From Histomonas meleagridis 2922-C6/04-290x (Eukaryota > Protista > Parabasalia): a DNA stretch of 64,000 nucleotides. The notes beneath the pieces are model-generated. The model searched no databases. It worked only from the letters and a program-made list of their open reading frames with translations, and had not been told where the DNA came from. Shown here one piece after another: positions 46,241-55,383 of this stretch; within the stretch, counting starts at the first letter, position 1; each line of letters begins with the position of its first letter. Position numbers and translations under genes: made by a program. The stretch covers positions 205,958-269,957 of the forward strand of contig JAANOX010000149.1 of NCBI GenBank assembly GCA_020184695.1, given 5' to 3'.

Positions 46241-46398
46241 CTAAAACTTTTGGCCGAATATGCACACAAATTTTGTTAAAGAAAACGTTATCTTTTGGGT
46301 ATTTTTTTGCTTAGTTTTCTCAATATGTAAGAACCATATATTTTAAAGATTAATATAATTTTGAAAAATTATTTTTAAAATATTGTTAAAATGATTTT

Positions 46399-48763
46399 TT
46401 ATTTAACTTTTCCTCCATGTTTTGTAAATATGTCAATAAGTTCTTGATTATTAAGTTCATATGCAATTATAAGAGCATTAAAAAATAGTTCGAATAAATT
46501 TCTAATATTATTTTGAAATAGTAAATTATCAAAATAAATTTTAAATGAAGATATCAAATGTCTTTGATATTGACATCGATTCCTTCTTGTTCAAGAAGTA
46601 ATTTTACAATTTCAATATGTTCTGTTTGACAAGCATACATAAGTGCAGTTCTAAACAAATCAAATAATTTCCATGTGTTATTTTAGAATTGAAAAAATAT
46701 AAAATAAACAGGAAATCAAATGTATAAATACCCTGAAAGTTGATATCAACTCCTTCTTGTTGAAGAAGTAATTTAACTATTTCTATGTTACCTGATCCCG
46801 AAGCTGAAATAATTGCCATTCCAAATATTTTGATTTAATATAATACAATAATATGAAACATAAAATTATATAAATAAATTCTAAACAATTAAATTAAAAA
46901 CCTTTCCAACATTCTTCAATTCCCTTTTTTTCAAGAAGTAATTTGACTATTTCGATATCACCTCCTGAAGATGCTGCTGTAAGTGCTGATTTTTATATTG
47001 TGTTTAAATTACAAACATAAGTTTTAAATATAAAACCATCAAAGCAAAACATCACATTATATAAATAATCATTGGTGTCAAATATTTGAATATCTTTTCT
47101 AGCTAAAAGTAATTTAACGATTTCAATATTACCTTTCTTACAAGCCATCATTAATATTGTTGTGAAAAAAATATTGAAATACTATCAAATTTTTTAAATA
47201 AACACAAAACTAAAAATATAATCATCATAAGCGTTAACATTGATTAAATCTTGTTCAAGAAGAATTTTAACAACTTCAATTTGATTATTTTCAACTGCAT
47301 GCATAAGTGAACTGCAAAATATTTTAATTAAATTAAAAATAATAATTTGAAATCCAAAACAAATAAAATAAATATAAAATATTTTCAATAAATATCTTGT
47401 GCATTAACATCTATTCCTTCTTGTTCAAGAAGTAATTTTACAATACGAATAAAGCCATTTTTAGATGCAACAATTAATGCAGTTTCAAATAATTTAATTA
47501 AATACCAAATATTTATATTAAATCCGAAATTAACAAAATAAAAATCAAACAAAAAAATTAAACATTTTTAACATTAACATCATTTCCTTTCTCAATAAAA
47601 AGTTTAACAAGTTCATGATTCATTGAATTAGCTGAATAAGGTAAAATATCTTTCGGAATAGGATCAAGTTGAAGGAAATATTTAACTAAATATAAGTTAC
47701 CACTATTTGCTGAAGTTTTTATGATTGAATCAGATATTTTCATAATGGAATTATTAACTTTCTTTCCTTCATTAATCAAAAATGATAAAATTTCAAAATT
47801 ATAATAAGTAATACATTTTTTCTCTATTTCTTCTAAATTATTAATTTCTTCTAATTTATTTTCATAAACATATTTAAAAATATCATTTTTATGGAATTGA
47901 ATTGCTGTTTCATATACACCTTCAAATGTTGAATGATTTTGTTCACATAAATGAATAATTTCTTCATTTCCACCTGCAATTGAATATTTTGCAGTGTCAT
48001 TTACATTTGCTCCATTCATAAGTAAATATTTAAAGCATTTAACTGATCCAAAAAATGCTGCATACTCAATTAATGTAACATCTTTTTGATTAATAAATGA
48101 ACATCTTTCATAAAGTGATGGTTCAATTGTTTGATTAAAATCAAAATTTGTTTGTGATGATATTTCTTGAAGTTTTTCGATTTCATCATTTCGAATTATT
48201 TTTGCAATCTCATTTGGATTAACTCCTTCTTCAATTAATTGTTTATGAAGTTTCCAATCATTCTTTGATAATTCTTCATAATTTTTCTGCAATGTTTTGC
48301 AAATGTTATTAAAAATTTTATCTTTATATAAATAATAGTTTAATGGATCTTTATTGAATATTTTTACTATTTTTGGATCACAATGAATAAAATATAAAAA
48401 ATTTATATTTTCTACAACATCAGAAGAAATTATTTTCTCATCAATCATTTTTTGGAGAATATAATTTGCTCCACTTTTAGGAAAGAAGTTAATTAATGTA
48501 TCTACAAAAATTTGGAGAATATCTTCGTCACTGTTAGATAATTTTTTAATTTCACTTAAAAAATGTATTAAATTGTCTGGTTCATATTTATGAGAACAAT
48601 AAAAATAAAATGAAATATTGCATATGATGAAGTAAAATGAAAATGGATATTCACAATCAAATAATTTCATGATTTCTTCAGCTGATGAGTTAATGTTATC
48701 TTCTCGTAAGTCAAAAATTATGTGTTCTAAAGATAATAAGGTATCCATGTATTTTTTATCCAT
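46399..48763 (-). CDS. DUF3447-type ankyrin gene whose C-terminal ankyrin array is split by seven non-canonical interruptions
   Basis: Open frame 48763-47558 stops inside the first interruption. Stop-free ankyrin modules continue to TAA at 46399-46401. Interruptions: 47484-47563 (80), 47314-47393 (80), 47161-47223 (63), 46990-47070 (81), 46820-46899 (80), 46650-46729 (80), 46480-46559 (80). DUF3447 label is from recalled family resemblance. Confidence 0.75.
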
Positions 48764-49083
48764 GAGCCAAAATGCCCAAACCGTACAACAGTTTCAAACA
48801 AAAATTCTATGCTGATATCAAATAACAGCAAAATTTATTCAAAATATGAATGAAAAATGCGGCAAAAACATTGTGTTATATCATGCATGATAATAACAAT
48901 TGTGATATTAAAAATTCAAAAATTTGAGCGCCTTTTGAAGACATATTCTTTCTTAATAATGAATTTGAATTATTTGGCTGGGTACTTGATTCAGCACTTT
49001 TGGAGTAAGCTATTGTATCAAATGACATCACCTCTTGATTCAAAATTGAACCAATCCATTCAATTTGTCACTTCATTTCTGTC

Positions 49084-49413
49084 ATGTTGGGCTGGAAAAC
49101 AGGCGAAACCACACCAGAATGGGATAAGAAGAAGTGGGACATCTCTAGCGCTGTTAAATCCAATGGAACATATGAAATCACTTTCAAATATACACATGGA
49201 AAGCATAGGCTTGACATGAAAGATGTAAAAATCACATGTGATGGAAAGACCCAAGGAAAAGACAAGCATGAAGGAACAGCCGGATTTCATCACATCAACA
49301 ATGTCTACAGGATCACTGTTGATAAGTATAAAGAACCAGTAATGTTAAAGGCCAAACTAAGGAGTGATGGTGGCAATGATTCAAATGGAAACATACTCAT
49401 TCGCAAGGTTTAA
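49084..49413 (+). CDS. Stand-alone beta-sandwich domain resembling accessory modules of bacterial glycoside hydrolases
   Basis: WDISSAV...GTYEITFKYTHGKHRL.MKDV.I..DG....KDKHEG.AG...SDGGNDSNG pattern. TCACT/TCATT initiators lie directly before the ATG. Family assignment is from memory and unverified. Confidence 0.65.
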   Translation: MLGWKTGETTPEWDKKKWDISSAVKSNGTYEITFKYTHGKHRLDMKDVKITCDGKTQGKDKHEGTAGFHHINNVYRITVDKYKEPVMLKAKLRSDGGNDSNGNILIRKV

Positions 49414-49680
49414 ATAAACAAACCTCTCCACAACTTTTTTCTCCATTTTTCTCAACACATAAACGGTCACCACAAAAGTCAAAACCGCCAAAACGACTGA
49501 AAGTTATTTACAACAGTGAAGTGACGTCGTTCTATTTCTGTCATTTGGTAAAACTTTTTTCCAACAACTTAAACAACTTAAAGTTTTGGAACAAATGTTT
49601 TCCTTCGCAAAAAACATCAAAAATTTATGCGAAACTGAGAATGAGAAAAAACATAAAAAGTTCAGCAATTGCTTATTTAC

Positions 49681-52600
49681 TTACTGATTCATTTTGTTGA
49701 CTTTAGCTTGTAGTTCTTGGAAAATGGATCCAAGTAATGATTCGTTATCAGACTTCAATGTTAACTTCTTTTCATTTTCGTTTAACATTGCAATTAAGTT
49801 AATACCTTCAGTAGTTTTAGCATAGACATAATACAAATTCTCTTCTTTCTTTTCGATTAATTTACCTCTTAAAACGTTAACGAATATTTGTAATAATTCG
49901 TTTGTGTTGTTATTCATTTTATCCTTTAAATCGATTTCTTTAACATTTTCCAAATTGTTTATAACGTTTTCGAATTCTTCTTCTTTACCTTCGACTAAGA
50001 AATATGAAGGGAACACTTTAATTGGGAATTCGATTACTCCAATTGTATCATTAGAAGGAGTAAATCTTAAGTTAATTATGTTACCTTTAGTAATATCAAT
50101 GTTTTCACAATCAATGATTATTTTAGTTGTAACTTTAGACTTCGATTTAAGTGAATTTATAGTTTGTAAATAATTTTCTTTTTCATTCTTTTGAATAATT
50201 TGATATATGTTAAAGTTTTCGATATCATAATTCATATTGTTTTCAATGTATAACTCGATTTCAAGTGTTTTCGGATTTAATAAATTAGGATAAAACTCTA
50301 ACGCAGAAAATGTTATTAATGTCTTGCTTTGATCATCATTAAAATGTTCATAAAGTTTAACAAATCTTGAGCCCGGTTTAGATTGGATTTGTTCTTCTTT
50401 TTGTTGTTCTTCATTACGATTATTTTCATTTTCATTTTGCGTTTGTTTCTTCCTTCGTAATACTCTTTTAACAACTTTCTTAGTTCCATTGTTCGTTGTT
50501 ATAACTTTCGATTCGATTGCAGCTTTACGTTTCTCTTGTAATGATTGATCGAATGGAATCTTTTGTGGATTTGTTACACGTGCTTCTGTTTCTGCAACTG
50601 TTGCTGAGAAGTCAACACTTGCTAAAGCATCTGATAATGCAGTAGCTTTTTTATTTTGATTGTTTTTGTTTGTTGATTTATTAGTCGATAATAAATTCTC
50701 ATGTGATTTAAGGATAACAACTCTTTCACCTGTTGTTGATTGACGTGGAATTTTCTTCTTTAATTTCTTAACTTTAGGTTTAGCTGATGCTTTAGTTTTA
50801 CTTGTCTTACTTGTCGTCTTAGGTAATAATTCATCAATTTCTAAATGTTTCTCATCAATATACTTTAAGTCATCTTCTTTATCATCGAATAAATCAATTG
50901 GTTCATTAAGTTCATCTGGTACTTCTATTGGTTCTGGTTCTTCTTCTTCATCAACATGAACAAACTTAGCACGTAATTCTTCATATGATTCATTGTTTTC
51001 ATCTTCTTTAATTAAATCTATAAGTGATTTAATTAATGATGAAATGTCTTGAACTTCAGCATATTTACTATTAGAAAATATTTGATCGATGTTTTCTTTC
51101 AAACTATTTTCTAATAAATGTTTTTGTTCTTCATTTTTACATTTGAAATATAACTTAAAACATGTCGAAATTATTGAGGATTGTACTCGTTCATTCATTT
51201 GTTGAATGTTATTTGATAAGATTTGTTTAAATGGTGAAATATCTTCCGAGTAATCTCCAATAATATGTGATGCTGATAATAATAATCGATTTTCTTTCCT
51301 AAATCGACTATATTTAAATAATGAAGCCATTTCTTCAACAAGTCGTTTCCTCGTTGATGGTACTCTTAATGCTAAATCTAAGAATTGATCAGCAATTAAG
51401 TCATAACATGTAATTCCTGAGCCTGCTACAAAGTTCATTAATATTGTAATATACCAATCAAAGTCAGTAACTAATGCATAATCATTCTTAGAACAAATTT
51501 CAATAACACGTGTAATGATTTGATTCTTAAAAATAGTACTACTTGATGACTTAAAGTGATCATACATCTTTGCAACAATACTATCAATTGTCTTAGAATT
51601 TGCTAATGAGGATAATAAATCTAAGGCTAACATACGCGTGGGTTCATCAGTACTATCAAGACATTCAGTAATAAGCTCACGATGTTGTGCAACAAGTTTC
51701 GGTTGAATTTCCATGAGCTTTATGAAAAGTGTTAGGCAAAGATATCGTAAATTAACATCAACGTGTTCGAGAAATGATTGCATACGTTGTGCTGTATATG
51801 TAAGTAAAACAGTATTAGTGATCGGTATGGATATAATAGAACGAACACATTCAAATAAAACAGTGATTGAAGAAGTGGTCTCTAATATATTCGTAAATGG
51901 TGCAATAAGCTTCTTGATAAGACGTGGCTCAACAGAACATAACATGGTAAGGATACTGATGATTCGAACTAGTGACCAATTATCAGTGGTATTATCTATC
52001 ATCTTAAAGATCTTGGGAATAAGTGGTATAAAGTTACGTGGATTGTGATAACAAAGTTCATTAATAACACTAAGAACTGAAAAGACTACTGACTTGTCAT
52101 CATCATCAAGTTGGGTTCGAAGTGTAACAAAGCCAGATTTAAGGGCTTCTGGGTATTGAAGACATATGTGGTAGAAAACTGTGATAGCTTTTTGTCGGAT
52201 GTAAGGTTTAGCAGATGTCATTAATGAAATGACATTTTGGAAGATGCTTTGCGAAAGTGTGGGTGTAAGGAAAGATGAAAGAGATGATAAAACAGCGGAG
52301 GAGTAAAGTGCTGTGTTTGAAGTAAGGTCTTTATAAATTCTATTAGTTGCCATTAAAACTGCATCGGAATTAGAATCCCACATTTGCGCTGCTGCAATAT
52401 ATGCAGTATGCTTTGCAGAATAGTCGTCAAGTGCCATTACTTCAAGAACTGTAAAATCACCCCAGGTTGTATCATAGCCTAAAATGTTTAAGAAAATAAG
52501 TTGTGGAATTAAAATAAGGTTTTCTTCGTTGCTGTTCTTCTTTGATTCTTCTTTAGAACGTGTGACGAGGTCATTAACATACTGAGTTGTTGTACCAGCT

Positions 52601-52734
52601 TGTTGAGCTCGAAGATATCCTCGGATTGTATCAGCAAGAATAGCCCTTGGGTTCTGAATCGCATGCTTTGTTGTGTTCAAGGCATGTGATAGCTTATTTT
52701 GGACTTGGGTCATTTGAGCTTTGACCTTGGACAT
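49681..52734 (-). CDS. AP3D1: AP-3 adaptor complex subunit delta
   Basis: Adaptin_N trunk with LGYDTTWGDFTVLEVM...AYIAAAQ...DAVLMATNRIYKDL matching delta-adaptin, then a charged hinge and an ear domain. Confidence 0.88.
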   Translation of the reverse strand: MSKVKAQMTQVQNKLSHALNTTKHAIQNPRAILADTIRGYLRAQQAGTTTQYVNDLVTRSKEESKKNSNEENLILIPQLIFLNILGYDTTWGDFTVLEVMALDDYSAKHTAYIAAAQMWDSNSDAVLMATNRIYKDLTSNTALYSSAVLSSLSSFLTPTLSQSIFQNVISLMTSAKPYIRQKAITVFYHICLQYPEALKSGFVTLRTQLDDDDKSVVFSVLSVINELCYHNPRNFIPLIPKIFKMIDNTTDNWSLVRIISILTMLCSVEPRLIKKLIAPFTNILETTSSITVLFECVRSIISIPITNTVLLTYTAQRMQSFLEHVDVNLRYLCLTLFIKLMEIQPKLVAQHRELITECLDSTDEPTRMLALDLLSSLANSKTIDSIVAKMYDHFKSSSSTIFKNQIITRVIEICSKNDYALVTDFDWYITILMNFVAGSGITCYDLIADQFLDLALRVPSTRKRLVEEMASLFKYSRFRKENRLLLSASHIIGDYSEDISPFKQILSNNIQQMNERVQSSIISTCFKLYFKCKNEEQKHLLENSLKENIDQIFSNSKYAEVQDISSLIKSLIDLIKEDENNESYEELRAKFVHVDEEEEPEPIEVPDELNEPIDLFDDKEDDLKYIDEKHLEIDELLPKTTSKTSKTKASAKPKVKKLKKKIPRQSTTGERVVILKSHENLLSTNKSTNKNNQNKKATALSDALASVDFSATVAETEARVTNPQKIPFDQSLQEKRKAAIESKVITTNNGTKKVVKRVLRRKKQTQNENENNRNEEQQKEEQIQSKPGSRFVKLYEHFNDDQSKTLITFSALEFYPNLLNPKTLEIELYIENNMNYDIENFNIYQIIQKNEKENYLQTINSLKSKSKVTTKIIIDCENIDITKGNIINLRFTPSNDTIGVIEFPIKVFPSYFLVEGKEEEFENVINNLENVKEIDLKDKMNNNTNELLQIFVNVLRGKLIEKKEENLYYVYAKTTEGINLIAMLNENEKKLTLKSDNESLLGSIFQELQAKVNKMNQ

Positions 52735-52804
52735 TTAGACAAAATGTTACAAAACGACCAATAACCGTTTTTGCCGATATGGATTTTTTGAAATAAAATT
52801 GACA
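52735..52804. promoter_or_regulatory. Very compact (70 bp) bidirectional promoter between AP-3 delta and the interrupted ankyrin gene
   Basis: Head-to-head ATGs at 52734 (-) and 52805 (+). Contains a Myb/M3-like TAACCGTT. Confidence 0.55.
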
Positions 52805-55154
52805 ATGTTTGTTCGAACAAAACAAAACAAAAATCAATGGGAAAAATGTCTAACAATAAAAGATTTAATATTTAATCTGAATCAAGAAAATATCTCACAA
52901 TCAAAAAATAAAATTCTTGATATTTTTGATTACAAATATCCAATAACTTTTAATATAATTCTTAGTCAATTGATATATATATTATTTGATGTGAAAGTAA
53001 ATGATTTTGACATAGAATTATATATAAACTTGATTAAAGAAATTGAAGCAATCGAGGAAAGTAATAATATAAAATCAAAAATATTAGATAAATTTGTTAA
53101 AACTAACACAAAAGAAGCTTGTTATCTTCTTGCAAAATTGATTGAATATTCCTTAATTGATCTAAAAAGTATTCAAGATAATCTAAACTTTCCTTATTTT
53201 GTTCATTATCTTCCAGAAAAAAGAATTGAAATGTTAAAGAAATATGGATTTTTTAATTCATTTCAATCAGGCACAAATAATTATGAAGAACTCTCAAGGA
53301 ATAATTTTGAAGTTCACAAACAATTAATTGAAGAAGGAGTTAATCCAAATGAAATTGCAAAAATAATTCGAAATGATGAAATCGAAAAACTTCAAGAAAT
53401 ATCATCACAAACAAATTTTGATTTTAATCAAACAATTGAACCATCACTTTATGAAAGATGTTCATTTATTAATCAAAAAGATGTTACATTAATTGAGTAT
53501 GCAGCATTTTTTGGATCAGTTAAATGCTTTAAATATTTACTTATGAATGGAGCAAATGTAAATGACACTGCAAAATATTCAATTGCAGGTGGAAATGAAG
53601 AAATTATTCATTTATGTGAACAAAATCATTCAACATTTGAAGGTGTATATGAAACAGCAATTCAATTCCATAAAAATGATATTTTTAAATATGTTTATGA
53701 AAATAAATTAGAAGAAATTAATAATTTAGAAGAAATAGAGAAAAAATGTATTACTTATTATAATTTTGAAATTTTTTTATATTTGCAAAAAGAAGGAATG
53801 AAAATTACTGATGCTATTATTAATGAAGCAGCAAGAATTGGTAATTTATATCTTGTTGAATATTTTCTTGAAAATCGTCAAATTCCAAAAGATATAATAA
53901 TTTCTCCATCTCTATCAAAAAATATTGAACTCGTTGATTTTATTATTAAACAAGATGGAATTGATATCAATATTAAAGACATTTTTTTTATAATATATGA
54001 AATTTATTTTAATTGTTTGATTTTTCGAAAAATAATTTGGAAATTGTTTGGGTTATTTTTTACACAACCTATGATTGTAAGTAAATATGGTTACGTAGAT
54101 ATAGTAAAATTACTTCTTGAAAAAGAAGGAATTGATATTAATGCAAAAAATATTTTTGTGTTTGACTTAATATTTATTGAATTAATTTTCTATTTCTTTT
54201 TGATGTTTGGAAATTATTAAAATTATTTGAAACAGCATTTATGTTAGCATCTGCAAATGGTAAAGCAGAAATAGTTAAAATACTACTTGAGCAAAAAGGA
54301 ATTGATATTAATGCTAAAAATATTTAATTGTTTTATTAAATGCATATTTTAACAATTTTATATTTTAAAATAATATTTGGAAATTATACAAACAATTTGA
54401 TACAGCACTTATTAGAGCATCTTTTTATGGTCATACAGAAATAGTTAAATTACTTCTTGGACAAGAAGGAATTGATGTTAATGCTAAAAATAAAATTTAT
54501 TTGTTTTGTTTTATATTTCAAAATAATATTTGGAAATTATTTAAAATATTTCAAACAGCACTTATATACGCAACTTCAAATGATAACACAGAAATAGTTA
54601 AATTAATTCTTGAACATAAAGAAACAGATATTAATATAACAAATATATATTTATGTAATTTTTCTTTTACTTTAATGATTTGGTAATTATATTTTTTATA
54701 ACGAAATTATTTCAAATATTTTTTACATCACTTATATTAGCTTCTGAAAAAGGTAATATAGAAATAGTTAAATTGCTTCCTGAACAAAAAGGAATTGATG
54801 TTAATGCTAAAGATATTTTTTTATTTTAAATTGTTTTGTTTTGAATAATTTGATATTTTGAAATAAAATTTGAAAATTATTTAAATTATTTAAATCAGCA
54901 CTTATGTTTGCATCTGAAAATGGTTATACAGAAATAGTTAAATTACTTCTTGAACAAGAAGGAATTGATATTAATGCTAAATCTATTTATTTGTTTTATT
55001 TGAAATATATATTGTGAATTTGATTTTTCAAAATAATATCCGAAATTTAAATATATTATTGAAAACAGCACTTATGTATGCAACTGAGAAAGGTTACAAA
55101 AAAATTATGGAATTATTCGAACAAAATCCACAAACTTTAAAAATAAATCAATAA
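52805..55154 (+). CDS. DUF3447-type ankyrin gene whose C-terminal ankyrin array is split by seven non-canonical interruptions
   Basis: Open frame from ATG 52805 stops at 54220 inside the second interruption. 90-nt stop-free modules continue to TAA at 55152-55154. Interruptions: 53981-54061 (81), 54152-54231 (80), 54322-54401 (80), 54492-54554 (63), 54645-54724 (80), 54815-54894 (80), 54985-55064 (80). Confidence 0.75.
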
Positions 55155-55383
55155 TAAGCATATATCTTTAGAATAAGATATTAAAAATGCAGGCAAGCAT
55201 TACCTATTAAAACAAACTTTGTATAATTCATTTTTATCGTAAATATTAACTGTATACATAATTCAAATAATAAAATATCATCAGAATAACAAAATGCAAT
55301 TGATTTTTCTTTCATTTTGAAATTATTGAAACTTTTTTACTTCATAAAAAATCAATACAAAATATACAAAAATTACTTACAGT

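Noticed and set aside
53102-53114. ACTAACACAAAAG resembling the trichomonad branch/3' splice motif ACTAACACAYAG
   Set aside because: It is an imperfect match inside an open reading frame, with no GTAYGT donor upstream.
54228-54240. CAG in ACA-GCA (Thr-Ala) as a canonical 3' splice site
   Set aside because: It is absent in many modules (ACT-GCA, ATG-GCA, AAT-GCT, ACA-TCA), has no suitably placed GT donor, and would delete the conserved Thr. It is explained by codon usage.
53981-55154. 170-nt periodic array resembling a CRISPR repeat-spacer array
   Set aside because: The conserved units are 90-nt protein-coding ankyrin modules, the spacers are homologous to each other, the context is eukaryotic, and there are no cas genes.
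46399-55154. Stop-codon reassignment as the explanation for interrupted ankyrin genes
   Set aside because: Most interruptions are 80 nt and shift the frame. Conserved genes (SMC3, RPL19, CHD, AP-3 delta) contain no internal stops and end in ordinary stop codons.
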